In this document: piece after piece, positions 35,078-49,378 of the stretch
Numbering within the stretch: position 1 is the stretch's first letter
How the letters are laid out: every line of letters starts with the position of its first letter
NCBI RefSeq assembly: GCF_044324785.1
Contig: NZ_CP172127.1
Origin: Escherichia coli
GTDB taxonomy: Bacteria; Pseudomonadota; Gammaproteobacteria; Enterobacterales; Enterobacteriaceae
Length of the DNA: 64,000 nt
Direction: 5' to 3' (one strand)
Notes under the pieces: model-generated
Told to the model about the DNA's origin: nothing
The model's database searches: none
The model's input: only the letters and a program-made list of their open reading frames with translations
Position numbers and translations under genes: made by a program

Positions 35078-35788
35078 TCAGAGCAGATTTTGCTCCTTCT
35101 TTGCACTCAACCCGCCGTAATCATTTATCGTCCGCCAGGAGACATGACACGGTGCTATTGCCTGACACCAGCTTGTCTGACGCTGGCTTTTAGGTGGCAC
35201 AACTCCCGCATTACTTAACGCTTTACCATTTACGCTCACCTGAATCAGGTTAATGTAGTAAGGCGTTGGGTTAGTGAGTTGTACACCCTGCGAATTCCGT
35301 GTCCAGCGTAATTGTTGATAAGCTTCCAGCGGGTCGCCCGGCAAACCTTCGGGTCGCCAGAACAGTTTAAATACCGAGCGCATCGCCACTTTTACGCTCT
35401 GATTTTCAACTTTGCCGGATGGTACGCTGGCAATGCTTAACTCAAATAGCGTTTCGCGATCCACAGGCAAAATGCCGCTTTCCGTTCTCAGCAAGCGCAA
35501 CGTGCCTGTAGTACCGGGCTTCAGGAGAACAAGTGGTGGAGCGACCAGTAGTGGTGCTGACCCTGTCGATGCTTCGCCCCCGGCCCAACGCGTTGGGCGA
35601 TTGATTTTACTGTTAATAAGCCAGGATTCCTGACTGGTATTAGTCAGTGAAATAGATATCGATTCTCTGTCTGCCGGGAAGATAAATCGCGTTCCGCCAA
35701 CCACCACTCCTGCCTGCAATTTCCCCGCCACCAGCAGCGATAAAACGGCAAAAATCGCGAGCGTCAATCTGTTCCACGTATTAGTCAT
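35078..35788 (-). CDS. ycbF: Periplasmic fimbrial chaperone (PapD-like), second chaperone of the elf cluster
   Basis: Track ORF 35078..35815 trimmed to ATG 35788 (MTNTWNRLTLAIFAVLSLLVAGKLQA...); chaperone-type fold signature ...VFKLFWRPEGL...; start set by N-terminus recall, moderate certainty. Confidence 0.8.
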   Translation of the reverse strand: MTNTWNRLTLAIFAVLSLLVAGKLQAGVVVGGTRFIFPADRESISISLTNTSQESWLINSKINRPTRWAGGEASTGSAPLLVAPPLVLLKPGTTGTLRLLRTESGILPVDRETLFELSIASVPSGKVENQSVKVAMRSVFKLFWRPEGLPGDPLEAYQQLRWTRNSQGVQLTNPTPYYINLIQVSVNGKALSNAGVVPPKSQRQTSWCQAIAPCHVSWRTINDYGGLSAKKEQNLL

Positions 35789-36296
35789 AATGAAGTACAA
35801 ATGTCGCGCTGGCATTCACTTTACCCGACTGCACATCGCTATTAACAGGTCGCAATTGCGCATAAAAAGTTAATGGCACCTTACCGCTATGTAGGCTGTA
35901 GTCTTTACTCGCCTGGTTAAGCGGAATCAATATTTTCGCATCATCCAGAATCGCAATTGCCAGCCCGCTGGCTGCATCCGTACCACTTTCAATGGACAGC
36001 ATTTCGCTCTGCACTCCGTCGGGGGCTCCTGAAAAGGTGACGTCAACCGTGCTGACATCTGTTCCGCAATCCTGCAAATTAATAATGAAAGATTTCTCCG
36101 GGCCAAAATTCCCATTAGAAAAACGTGTCAGCGAGACATCGCCTAACTGCACATTGATTTGCTTGCTATCCTGTGCCAGCACGCATGTATTACGGCGAAA
36201 CGATCCGCTAATGTTAACCGTGCCATCATGGGCAAATAGCTCACAGCTTCCCATTAATCCCAGTAAGCACAGCATCCAGATTATCCGTTTCAACAT
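35781..36296 (-). CDS. ycbV: Fimbrial-like subunit
   Basis: Track ORF 35781..36344 trimmed to ATG 36296 (MLKRIIWMLCLLGLMGSCELFA...), 171 aa; 8-nt overlap with ycbF start. Confidence 0.82.
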   Translation of the reverse strand: MLKRIIWMLCLLGLMGSCELFAHDGTVNISGSFRRNTCVLAQDSKQINVQLGDVSLTRFSNGNFGPEKSFIINLQDCGTDVSTVDVTFSGAPDGVQSEMLSIESGTDAASGLAIAILDDAKILIPLNQASKDYSLHSGKVPLTFYAQLRPVNSDVQSGKVNASATFVLHYD

Positions 36297-36303
36297 CACT
36301 CCT

Positions 36304-36846
36304 TCACTGGTAAACCAGATCAAAATAGAGAACCGCCGTCGCATTACCGCCCGTTGCGCCCGCCTTTGTGGACTTATAGCGGAGTTGATATTTGAGTGTG
36401 TTATCCCCCGCTTTTAAGGGCGTAAGAGGCTGGACCTGATTGAGCGGGATTTCTTGCTGACTTTGCGCATCAAGAATTTGCACGGCAATCCCCGTTGCCA
36501 TACCACCGCCTCCGCCTGTGTCAGTTAGTTTGAGCAGTGTCGGCACAAGGGTGTCAGCCTCACCGCTAAAAAGGACGTCCGCGCCAGTAATACCAGCGGC
36601 ACAACCGGTGATATCGATATTCAAATCAGCAGCAGTGCTTACGGTATTCGCGGCCTGAAAATCACTGATATTAAAATCACCAATATGAATATTTTGTAAT
36701 GCACTTTTGGTGGCGACATCACAGCCCTGATCGACCACATTCCCATAAATATGCATACTAACTTGTTCAGGCCCAGCCATCCCGACATGGATGTTAAGAT
36801 TGCTAAAGAACAAGATAACGCACTGAAATATCGTTTTTTTCTTCAT
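36304..36846 (-). CDS. ycbU: Fimbrial-like subunit
   Basis: Track ORF 180 aa MKKKTIFQCVILFFSNLNIHVGMA... with signal peptide and pilin-like C-terminus. Confidence 0.82.
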   Translation of the reverse strand: MKKKTIFQCVILFFSNLNIHVGMAGPEQVSMHIYGNVVDQGCDVATKSALQNIHIGDFNISDFQAANTVSTAADLNIDITGCAAGITGADVLFSGEADTLVPTLLKLTDTGGGGGMATGIAVQILDAQSQQEIPLNQVQPLTPLKAGDNTLKYQLRYKSTKAGATGGNATAVLYFDLVYQ

Positions 36847-36857
36847 ACGTTCACGCG

Positions 36858-40519
<3,662 letters not shown>

Positions 40520-40543
40520 CTCGCTCTCTTAACTGAAGACGGC

Positions 40544-41245
40544 TTACGATTTACAGTTGAGTTGCGGCGTTTCCGCCCCGTAGTCATTGATGGTTCGGTA
40601 CGTTACGCTACTGTTTTGAGCACCCTTTGGCAGAGGGAATTGGTATTTATCAAAGGGGGAAATCATTTGATTTTTAACTACTTTTCCACCTATTTTCAGG
40701 TCTGTCAGGGTAATGAAATAAGGTGTTGGGTTACTGACCGTAACCATGTCAGCTGACGAAGTGCAACGCAGTTTCGCCGGAGCCTCGGCTAAGGGATACG
40801 CTAAACCTTTTGGTCGCCAGAAAAGTTTGATGACGCTTTGTGTGGCAATCTTCAGGGTATTGCCTTCTTCCCGCTTCGTTGTTGAAGGGACTGCCCGTAC
40901 GCTGGTGAAGAAAAGAGTTTCTCTGTCTTTCGCCAACGGCGCACCAATATACATAATGCGTAACAGATTCTCGTTTGCCGGATTCAGCACAAATAGCGGT
41001 GGTGTAATAATAAAGTCCGCTGACTTTTTATTATCTGGGGTCATCACCCATGACTGAATAAGATAAGGAACATCCGGACTGGTGTTACGTACACCCAGTG
41101 AAATTTGCTCTTCACCTTCCGAATAAACAAGACGTGTTGCTGCAAGTCCGACCCCACCTTTACCTGCCGCCCATGTGAACGAACAGCTGAGTAATATTGC
41201 CGTTAAACTTACGGTCACAATTCCCTTTGTTATGCAAGTTTTCAT
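40544..41245 (-). CDS. elfD: Periplasmic fimbrial chaperone
   Basis: Track ORF 233 aa MKTCITKGIVTVSLTAILLSCSFTWA... with ...VIKLFWRPKGL... chaperone signature. Confidence 0.9.
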   Translation of the reverse strand: MKTCITKGIVTVSLTAILLSCSFTWAAGKGGVGLAATRLVYSEGEEQISLGVRNTSPDVPYLIQSWVMTPDNKKSADFIITPPLFVLNPANENLLRIMYIGAPLAKDRETLFFTSVRAVPSTTKREEGNTLKIATQSVIKLFWRPKGLAYPLAEAPAKLRCTSSADMVTVSNPTPYFITLTDLKIGGKVVKNQMISPFDKYQFPLPKGAQNSSVTYRTINDYGAETPQLNCKS

Positions 41246-41327
41246 AAATAGTCACTCTTAAAAAATATGGATATCCCCTCCAGAACACTGGAGGGGTACT
41301 AATTAATAAAACAATTAATGAGTTCTA

Positions 41328-41867
41328 TTAATAATAGTTAATATGGAAATTTGTTACCGCATTCACATTACCAGAAGTCGCTTTCCCCGTAGCGATATAA
41401 TCAACTTTAAAAGTCAACGTCTGATCTCCATCTTGCAACAAAATGTTCCCGGTTTCTGTGTCTGGCGTGATGGCCGTTGTACCATCATTCATATACATTT
41501 GCAGGGCCACGTTTGTAGCAGCATCAGATGAGGCCTGGTTAGCAAACGCTGTAATCTGAGTAGTATCCGCAGTGCCATTAAAGGTGAACGTTGCATTTTT
41601 TGTTACGGTAGTATCACAATCTTTTAATTCAATTGGCACATCAGTTTGCACGCCAGAAACCTGACCATTGGTTTGCAACTTCGTGGCACTAACATCTGGC
41701 AAAGTCACCACGGAATCTTTCGTCGCAGCGACCAGAGTACAAGCTGGAGCAATAACTTTACCATTAAATGTTACTGAGCCATCCGTGATAGCATTATCAT
41801 CAGCAGCCATAACGCTGGACGTTGCACATACCACAGTTATAAACGCCGTCAATACACTTTTTTTCAT
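41328..41867 (-). CDS. elfA: Major fimbrial subunit (E. coli laminin-binding fimbriae)
   Basis: Track ORF 41328..41876 trimmed to ATG 41867 (MKKSVLTAFITVVCATSSVMAADDNAITDGSVTFNGKV...), 179 aa. Confidence 0.88.
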   Translation of the reverse strand: MKKSVLTAFITVVCATSSVMAADDNAITDGSVTFNGKVIAPACTLVAATKDSVVTLPDVSATKLQTNGQVSGVQTDVPIELKDCDTTVTKNATFTFNGTADTTQITAFANQASSDAATNVALQMYMNDGTTAITPDTETGNILLQDGDQTLTFKVDYIATGKATSGNVNAVTNFHINYY

Positions 41868-42222
41868 CGTTATCATCCTGATCTCTTCGTAAATATGATA
41901 ATGCCTTTAAATGACATTAGACTTAATAATAACAATAATTGTCCGCCATTTAAATCAAGCATACTAAATCCAATAAGTGACAAATCTTTAATTTATAGAT
42001 TTCATGAATATTTAAATATTAACTGAACGAGTAATTCATTGATTCAACATCTAATGACTATCCAATAAATAAATATGCGTGATATATAAAGCCCTTTCTT
42101 TAGTTTATTTTCAGAAAAAGATACACAAAATTTATATTTGGCATTTTCTTGTCTCTCCGACAGACTGACCGAATTGTTATCAATGTTAACAAAACAAGAA
42201 CAATTGGTTATAAGGAGAGAGT
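41868..42222. promoter_or_regulatory. AT-rich divergent control region between elfA and ssuE
   Basis: 355 bp, visibly AT-rich with long A/T tracts (e.g. ATTTAAATATTAACTGAACGAGTAATTCATTGATTCAACATC); must hold the elf promoter (leftward) and the sulfur-starvation ssu promoter (rightward). Confidence 0.65.
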
Positions 42223-42798
42223 ATGCGTGTCATCACCCTGGCGGGTAGTCCTCGCTTTCCTTCTCGCTCCAGCTCCTTGCTGGAATATGCGCGGGAAAAA
42301 CTGAATGGCCTGGATGTAGAGGTTTATCACTGGAATCTGCAAAACTTCGCCCCGGAAGATCTACTTTATGCTCGTTTCGATAGTCCGGCACTCAAGACCT
42401 TCACCGAACAGCTGCAACAGGCTGATGGACTGATAGTCGCTACACCTGTGTATAAAGCCGCCTATTCCGGCGCGCTGAAAACCCTGCTCGACCTGCTGCC
42501 AGAGCGCGCTTTGCAAGGCAAAGTGGTGCTGCCGCTGGCGACAGGCGGCACGGTGGCTCATCTTTTGGCGGTCGATTATGCCCTTAAGCCAGTTTTAAGT
42601 GCGCTGAAAGCCCAGGAGATCCTGCACGGCGTGTTTGCCGATGACTCACAAGTAATTGATTACCACCACAAACCCCAGTTCACGCCAAATCTGCAAACCC
42701 GTCTTGATACCGCGCTGGAAACTTTCTGGCAGGCATTGCACCGTCGGGATGTTCAGGTTCCTGACCTTCTGTCTCTGCGAGGTAATGCCCATGCGTAA
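42223..42798 (+). CDS. ssuE: NADPH-dependent FMN reductase
   Basis: Track ORF 191 aa MRVITLAGSPRFPSRSSSLLEYAREKL... Confidence 0.93.
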   Translation: MRVITLAGSPRFPSRSSSLLEYAREKLNGLDVEVYHWNLQNFAPEDLLYARFDSPALKTFTEQLQQADGLIVATPVYKAAYSGALKTLLDLLPERALQGKVVLPLATGGTVAHLLAVDYALKPVLSALKAQEILHGVFADDSQVIDYHHKPQFTPNLQTRLDTALETFWQALHRRDVQVPDLLSLRGNAHA

Positions 42799-43750
42799 GA
42801 TCATTAAACTGGCGCTGGCGGGCTTACTTAGCGTCTCTACACTTGCTGTTGCCGCGGAGTCTTCGCCAGAGGCGTTACGGATTGGCTATCAGAAAAGCAA
42901 CATCAGTTCGGTGCTGGCGAAAAATTACCAAATGCTGGAAAAACGCTATCCGCAAACAAAAATCTTCTGGGTGGAGTTCCCGGCTGGCCCGCAGATGCTG
43001 GAGGCACTGAACGTCGGTAGTATCGATCTGGGTAGTACGGGAGATATTCCGCCAATCTTTGCTCAGGCCGCCGGGGCTGATTTGCTGTATGTGGGTGTCG
43101 AGCCACCGAAGCCAAAAGCCGAAGTGATTCTGGTGGCAGAAAATAGTCCGATCAAAACCGTAGCCGATCTTAAAGGTCACAAAGTTGCCTTTCAGAAAGG
43201 TTCCAGTTCACACAACCTTTTACTGCGTGCACTGCGTCAGGCCGGACTTAAGTTTACCGATATACAACCCACTTACCTGACACCCGCTGATGCCCGCGCC
43301 GCGTTCCAGCAAGGTAACGTTGACGCCTGGGCTATCTGGGATCCCTACTACTCCGCTGCATTATTACAGGGCGGCGTGCGGGTGCTGAAAGACGGCACCG
43401 ATCTCAATCAAACCGGATCGTTTTATCTGGCTGCCCGTCCGTATGCAGAAAAAAACGGCGCATTTATTCAGGGTGTACTGGCAACCTTTAGTGAGGCCGA
43501 TGCGTTAACCCGCAGCCAGCGCGAGCAAAGCATCGCCTTATTGGCAAAAACGATGGGCTTACCGGCCCCGGTGATTGCCTCGTATCTGGATCATCGCCCT
43601 CCCACCACCATCAAACCGGTTAACGCCGAAGTTGCCGCCTTACAGCAGCAAACGGCAGATCTGTTTTATGAAAACCGTCTGGTGCCGAAAAAAGTCGATA
43701 TTCGCCAGCGTATCTGGCAGCCCACTCAACTGGAAGGAAAACAATTATGA
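42791..43750 (+). CDS. ssuA: Aliphatic sulfonate ABC transporter periplasmic binding protein
   Basis: Track ORF 42656..43750 trimmed to ATG 42791 ([34 protein letters not shown]...), 319 aa; 8-nt overlap with ssuE. Confidence 0.92.
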   Translation: MRKIIKLALAGLLSVSTLAVAAESSPEALRIGYQKSNISSVLAKNYQMLEKRYPQTKIFWVEFPAGPQMLEALNVGSIDLGSTGDIPPIFAQAAGADLLYVGVEPPKPKAEVILVAENSPIKTVADLKGHKVAFQKGSSSHNLLLRALRQAGLKFTDIQPTYLTPADARAAFQQGNVDAWAIWDPYYSAALLQGGVRVLKDGTDLNQTGSFYLAARPYAEKNGAFIQGVLATFSEADALTRSQREQSIALLAKTMGLPAPVIASYLDHRPPTTIKPVNAEVAALQQQTADLFYENRLVPKKVDIRQRIWQPTQLEGKQL

Positions 43751-44892
43751 GTCTGAATATGTTCTGGTTTTTACCGACCCATGGTGACGGGCATTATCTG
43801 GGAACGGAAGAAGGTTCACGCCCGGTTGATCACGGTTATCTGCAACAAATTGCGCAAGCGGCGGATCGTCTGGGCTATACCGGTGTGCTAATCCCAACGG
43901 GGCGATCGTGTGAAGATGCGTGGTTGGTGGCGGCGTCGATGATCCCGGTGACGCAGCGGCTGAAGTTTCTTGTCGCCCTGCGCCCCAGCGTAACCTCACC
44001 TACCGTTGCCGCCCGCCAGGCCGCCACGCTTGACCGTCTCTCTAATGGACGTGCGTTGTTTAACCTGGTCACAGGCAGCGATCCACAAGAACTGGCAGGC
44101 GACGGCGTGTTCCTTGATCATAGCGAGCGCTACGAAGCCTCGGCGGAATTTACCCAGGTCTGGCGGCGTTTATTGCTGGGCGAAACCGTCGATTTCAACG
44201 GTAAACATATTCATGTGCGGGGAGCCAAACTGCTCTTCCCGCCGATTCAACAGCCGTATCCTCCGCTTTACTTTGGCGGATCGTCAGACGTCGCCCAGGA
44301 GCTGGCGGCAGAACAAGTTGATCTCTACCTCACCTGGGGCGAACCGCCAGAACTGGTTAAAGAGAAAATCAAACAAGTGCGGGCGAAAGCTGCCGCGCAT
44401 GGACGCAAAATTCGTTTCGGTATTCGTCTGCATGTGATTGTTCGTGAAACCAACGACGAAGCGTGGCAGGCCGCCGAGCGGTTAATCTCGCATCTTGATG
44501 ATGAAACTATCGCCAAAGCACAGGCCGCATTCGCCCGGACGGATTCCGTAGGACAACAGCGGATGGCGGCGCTCCATAACGGCAAGCGCGACAATCTGGA
44601 GATCAGCCCCAATTTATGGGCGGGCGTTGGCTTAGTGCGCGGCGGTGCCGGGACGGCGCTAGTGGGCGATGGTCCGACGGTCGCCGCGCGGATCAACGAA
44701 TACGCTGCACTTGGCATCGACAGTTTTGTGCTTTCGGGCTACCCGCATCTGGAAGAAGCGTATCGGGTTGGCGAATTGCTGTTCCCGCATCTGGATGTCG
44801 CCATCCCGGAAATTCCCCAGCCGCAGCCGCTGAATCTGCAAGGCGAAGCGGTGGCAAATGATTTTATCCCCCGTAAAGTCGCGCAAAGCTAA
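43747..44892 (+). CDS. ssuD: FMNH2-dependent alkanesulfonate monooxygenase
   Basis: Track ORF 381 aa [44 protein letters not shown]... Confidence 0.94.
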   Translation: MSLNMFWFLPTHGDGHYLGTEEGSRPVDHGYLQQIAQAADRLGYTGVLIPTGRSCEDAWLVAASMIPVTQRLKFLVALRPSVTSPTVAARQAATLDRLSNGRALFNLVTGSDPQELAGDGVFLDHSERYEASAEFTQVWRRLLLGETVDFNGKHIHVRGAKLLFPPIQQPYPPLYFGGSSDVAQELAAEQVDLYLTWGEPPELVKEKIKQVRAKAAAHGRKIRFGIRLHVIVRETNDEAWQAAERLISHLDDETIAKAQAAFARTDSVGQQRMAALHNGKRDNLEISPNLWAGVGLVRGGAGTALVGDGPTVAARINEYAALGIDSFVLSGYPHLEEAYRVGELLFPHLDVAIPEIPQPQPLNLQGEAVANDFIPRKVAQS

Positions 44893-44903
44893 GGAACACG
44901 ATA

Positions 44904-45695
44904 ATGGCAACGCCAGTGAAAAAGTGGTTATTGCGCGTTGCCCCCTGGTTTTTACCGGTGGGCATCGTGGCGGTGTGGCAACTGGCCTCCTCAGTTGGCT
45001 GGCTGTCAACACGTATTTTGCCCTCACCGGAAGGGGTGGTGATGGCGTTCTGGGCGCTCTCCGCCAGCGGCGAATTGTGGCAGCATCTGGCGATCAGCTC
45101 CTGGCGGGCGCTCATTGGCTTTTCAATTGGCGGATCGCTGGGCTTGATTCTGGGACTGATTAGCGGGCTGTCGCGCTGGGGAGAACGGCTGCTGGATACC
45201 TCAATTCAGATGTTGCGCAACGTGCCGCATCTGGCGCTGATCCCGCTGGTGATTTTGTGGTTTGGCATTGATGAATCCGCAAAAATCTTTCTGGTCGCAC
45301 TCGGTACGCTATTCCCCATTTATATCAACACCTGGCATGGCATCCGTAATATCGATCGCGGGCTGGTGGAGATGGCGCGTAGCTATGGATTATCCGGCAT
45401 ACCGCTGTTTATCCATGTGATCCTGCCTGGCGCCCTGCCCTCAATTATGGTCGGCGTGCGTTTTGCGTTGGGCCTGATGTGGCTGACGCTGATTGTTGCC
45501 GAAACCATTTCTGCCAATTCTGGCATTGGTTATCTGGCGATGAATGCGCGGGAGTTTTTGCAAACGGACGTGGTGGTGGTCGCCATTATTCTTTACGCCC
45601 TGCTCGGCAAACTGGCTGACGTCAGCGCACAGCTGTTAGAGCGCCTCTGGTTGCGCTGGAACCCGGCTTATCATTTGAAGGAGGCCACGGTATGA
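44904..45695 (+). CDS. ssuC: Aliphatic sulfonate ABC transporter permease
   Basis: Track ORF 263 aa [33 protein letters not shown]... Confidence 0.92.
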
Positions 45696-46459
45696 ATACT
45701 GCTCGTCTGAACCAGGGCACACCATTGTTGCTCAATGCAGTAAGCAAACATTACGCGGAAAATATCGTCCTGAACCAACTGGATTTACATATTCCGGCTG
45801 GTCAGTTTGTGGCGGTGGTGGGCCGCAGCGGTGGTGGCAAAAGTACCCTGCTGCGCCTGCTGGCAGGTCTGGAAACGCCAACCGCTGGCGATGTGTTAGC
45901 GGGCACCACACCGCTGGCTGAAATTCAGGAAGACACGCGAATGATGTTTCAGGATGCGCGTCTGCTGCCGTGGAAATCGGTGATTGATAACGTTGGGTTA
46001 GGCCTTAAAGGCCAGTGGCGCGATGCCGCGCGTCGGGCGCTGGCTGCAGTAGGACTGGAGAATCGCGCAGGGGAATGGCCTGCCGCACTTTCTGGCGGGC
46101 AGAAACAGCGTGTGGCGCTGGCAAGAGCGTTGATTCATCGACCGGGTTTATTATTGCTTGATGAACCGCTCGGGGCGCTGGACGCCCTGACTCGGCTCGA
46201 GATGCAGGATTTGATTGTGTCACTTTGGCAGGAGCACGGCTTTACCGTACTGTTGGTGACGCATGATGTGAGCGAAGCGGTAGCAATGGCTGACCGGGTG
46301 TTGTTAATTGAAGAGGGAAAAATTGGTCTGGATTTGACGGTGGATATCCCCCGTCCGCGCCGGTTAGGGTCGGTGCGATTAGCGGAGCTGGAAGCGGAAG
46401 TGTTGCAACGGGTGATGCAGCGTGGTGAATCTGAAACTCGCCTGAGAAAACAGGGGTAA
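45692..46459 (+). CDS. ssuB: Aliphatic sulfonate ABC transporter ATP-binding protein
   Basis: Track ORF 255 aa with Walker [10 protein letters not shown] and ABC signature LSGGQKQR. Confidence 0.93.
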
Positions 46460-46500
46460 ATTCCCGAATGGCGGCGCTATTGCCGCCATTCGGTTATTTA

Positions 46501-49113
46501 TCAAGCCAGTGCTTTAGTTATCTTCTCGTACAGATCGCCAGAGAGATTTTCCAGCCCTTTCAACTGTTCCAGCGCCGCGCGCATTTTCTCCTGACGTTTG
46601 GCATCATATCGTTTCAGGCGAATCAGCGGCTCAATCAGGCGCGAAGCCACCTGCGGGTTACGGCTGTTGAGGTCGGTAAGCATTTCCACCAGGAACTGGT
46701 AACCGCTGCCATCTTCAGCATGGAACGCTGCCGGGTTGCTGCCCGCAAACGCGCCAATCAACGAACGAATACGGTTCGGGTTGCTCATGGTAAATGAGCG
46801 ATGCTGCAACAGACCGCGCACCGTCTCCAGAACATTCGCCGCCGGGCTGGTGGCTTGCAGGATAAACCATTTATCCATCACCAGACCATCCTGATGCCAC
46901 TTGTCGTCGTACTCCTGCATCAGCGCATCACGGCATGGCAACTGTGCAGCAACCGCCGCAGAAAGCGCCGCCAGCGCATCAGTCATATTGTTTGCTTCAT
47001 GGAACTGCTTGCTTACCAGCACGTCAGCCAGATGCGTTTCACCAAAAGCGAGGAAGCGCAGGCAGGCATTACGCAGAGTGCGTTTTGCAATATCTTCATG
47101 CTCAACACGGTACTCGCTCTGGTAATTCGCGTTGTAAATAGCCAGCAGCTCATCCGCCAGTTCAGTCGCCAGAGTACGGGTGAGTGCTTCGCGCACTTCG
47201 GCAATAGCAATCGGGTCGATGATATCGAACAGTTCCGCCATTTCATTGACGGAAGGCAGCGTCAGGATTTCTGCCGCCAGTGCCGGATCAATCTTCTCAT
47301 CAAGCAGCACTGCGCGGAAAGCGTCAGCCACATGCACCGGCAGAGACAGCGGCTGCCCTTGCTGATGACGGGCGACGTTGAGCTTGATGTAGGTTGCCAG
47401 CAGGCTTTGCGCCGCATCCCAGCGGGAGAAATCATTACGCGCATGGCGCATCAGGAAGGTCAGTTGCTGATCGCTCCACTTATATTCCAGTTTCACTGGC
47501 GCAGAGAATTCGCACAGCAGCGCAGGCACCGGCTGAAAGTAGACATTATCAAAGACAAAGGTCTGTTCCGCCTGGGTGACGTTCAGCACCGAATTCACCG
47601 GATGACCGCCTTTTTGCAACGGGATCACTTTGCCTTCGTTATCATACAATTCGATTGCAAACGGAATATGCAGCGGTTGTTTTTCTGCCTGATCCGGCGT
47701 AGCAGGCGTACGCTGGCTGATGGTCAGGGTGTACTGCTCGGTTTCTGGATTATAGTCGTCTTTGACGGTCACAACCGGCGTACCGGACTGGCTGTACCAA
47801 CGGCGGAAATGAGAGAGATCGACATTCGACGCATCTTCCATCGCCTGAACAAAGTCGTCGCAGGTTGCCGCGCTGCCATCATGGCGCTCGAAATAGAGCT
47901 GCATCCCTTTCTGGAAGTTTTCTTCGCCCAGCAGGGTGTGGATCATGCGAATCACTTCCGCGCCCTTCTCGTAAACGGTCAGGGTGTAGAAGTTGTTCAT
48001 CTCAATGACCATATCCGGGCGGATCGGGTGCGCCATCGGGCTGGCGTCTTCCGCAAACTGCAATCCGCGCATGGTGCGCACGTTGTTGATACGGTTTACC
48101 GCGCGAGAACCAAGGTCAGAGCTGAATTCCTGATCGCGGAACACGGTTAAACCTTCTTTCAGGCTGAGCTGGAACCAGTCGCGGCAGGTCACACGGTTAC
48201 CGGTCCAGTTGTGGAAATATTCGTGACCAATAACACGCTCAATATCGAGGTAATCTTTATCGGTGGCGGTGTCGGTACGGGCCAGCACATATTTGGAGTT
48301 AAAGATATTCAGACCCTTATTCTCCATTGCGCCCATATTAAAGAAGTCCACCGCGACGATCATATAGATGTCGAGGTCATACTCCAGGCCGAAGCGTTCT
48401 TCATCCCATTTCATGGAGTTTTTCAGCGAGGTCATCGCCCACGGCGCGCGGTCGAGGTTGCCGCGATCGACGTACAACTCCAGCGCCACTTCGCGACCAG
48501 AACGCGTGGTGAAGGTGTCGCGCAGCACGTCGAAGTCGCCTGCAACCAGCGCAAACAGGTAGCACGGTTTCGGGAACGGGTCCTGCCACTGTACCCAGTG
48601 ACGTCCGTTTTCCAGTTCGCCTTGCGCAACGCGGTTACCGTTGGAAAGCAGGAAGGGATATTTGGTTTTATCGGCAATAATTTTGGTGGTAAAACGCGCC
48701 AGCACGTCCGGGCGGTCAAGATAATACGTAATATGGCGGAAACCTTCGGCTTCACACTGAGTGCAAAGCGCATCGCCTGACTGATAAAGCCCTTCCAGCG
48801 CGGTATTCGTCGCCGGGCTAATTTCATTAACGATCTTAAGCGTAAAACGCTCCGGCAAATTACTGATGACCAGTGCGCCATCTTCTTCTTTCCAGGCGGT
48901 CCACGGCTCATCATTAATATGAACAGAAACCAGTTTAAGATCTTCGCCATCAAGACGAAGCGGAGCATCTGATGCACCATGACGGACAGCCTGGCTGACC
49001 GCGGTAACGACCGTCTTTTGCGCGTCCAGGTCAAAGGTCAAGTCAATATCAGTAATCTGGTAATCCGGCGCACGATAATCGTGACGGTATTTGGCTTGTG
49101 GCTGTTGAGTCAT
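46501..49113 (-). CDS. pepN: Aminopeptidase N (M1 zinc metallopeptidase)
   Basis: Track ORF 870 aa MTQQPQAKYRHDYRAPDYQITDIDLTFDLDAQKT...; GAMEN and HEYFHNWTG zinc-binding motifs. Confidence 0.96.
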   Translation of the reverse strand: MTQQPQAKYRHDYRAPDYQITDIDLTFDLDAQKTVVTAVSQAVRHGASDAPLRLDGEDLKLVSVHINDEPWTAWKEEDGALVISNLPERFTLKIVNEISPATNTALEGLYQSGDALCTQCEAEGFRHITYYLDRPDVLARFTTKIIADKTKYPFLLSNGNRVAQGELENGRHWVQWQDPFPKPCYLFALVAGDFDVLRDTFTTRSGREVALELYVDRGNLDRAPWAMTSLKNSMKWDEERFGLEYDLDIYMIVAVDFFNMGAMENKGLNIFNSKYVLARTDTATDKDYLDIERVIGHEYFHNWTGNRVTCRDWFQLSLKEGLTVFRDQEFSSDLGSRAVNRINNVRTMRGLQFAEDASPMAHPIRPDMVIEMNNFYTLTVYEKGAEVIRMIHTLLGEENFQKGMQLYFERHDGSAATCDDFVQAMEDASNVDLSHFRRWYSQSGTPVVTVKDDYNPETEQYTLTISQRTPATPDQAEKQPLHIPFAIELYDNEGKVIPLQKGGHPVNSVLNVTQAEQTFVFDNVYFQPVPALLCEFSAPVKLEYKWSDQQLTFLMRHARNDFSRWDAAQSLLATYIKLNVARHQQGQPLSLPVHVADAFRAVLLDEKIDPALAAEILTLPSVNEMAELFDIIDPIAIAEVREALTRTLATELADELLAIYNANYQSEYRVEHEDIAKRTLRNACLRFLAFGETHLADVLVSKQFHEANNMTDALAALSAAVAAQLPCRDALMQEYDDKWHQDGLVMDKWFILQATSPAANVLETVRGLLQHRSFTMSNPNRIRSLIGAFAGSNPAAFHAEDGSGYQFLVEMLTDLNSRNPQVASRLIEPLIRLKRYDAKRQEKMRAALEQLKGLENLSGDLYEKITKALA

Positions 49114-49331
49114 AAATAACCTTTAGCATCTTTTATAGAGTCTGGTGTTCAGTCTATTCCTGTTGCGTAAATCGCGCTATGCAGAATCTTCATCTTTTCA
49201 GGTACAAACGCCTTTATTGCTACATTTTTATAACATACACCGCGTAATGCCATCGACCAGAAAGGTGGCATATGGTGTGATCGGGGTTCAATAAATTGCG
49301 AAACAAGGTATACTCCAGCAGTTCCTGAAGA

Positions 49332-49348
49332 TGTTTATTGTACTAAAC
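49332..49348 (+). promoter_or_regulatory. Candidate NadR-type operator (NAD box) in the pncB leader
   Basis: Palindrome TGTTTA-ttgtac-TAAAC 30-47 bp upstream of the pncB ATG; half-sites match the TGTTTA/TAAACA motif I associate with NadR-repressed genes. Confidence 0.4.
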
Positions 49349-49378
49349 GCTCCTGTACGAGGACGCTACTGCGCACCT

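Noticed and set aside
46801-48150. 449-aa plus-strand ORF lying entirely inside pepN on the opposite strand
   Set aside because: Shadow ORF antisense to a highly conserved, correctly sized gene (pepN with GAMEN/HEXXH motifs); low-complexity R/Q/H-rich translation typical of non-coding frames.
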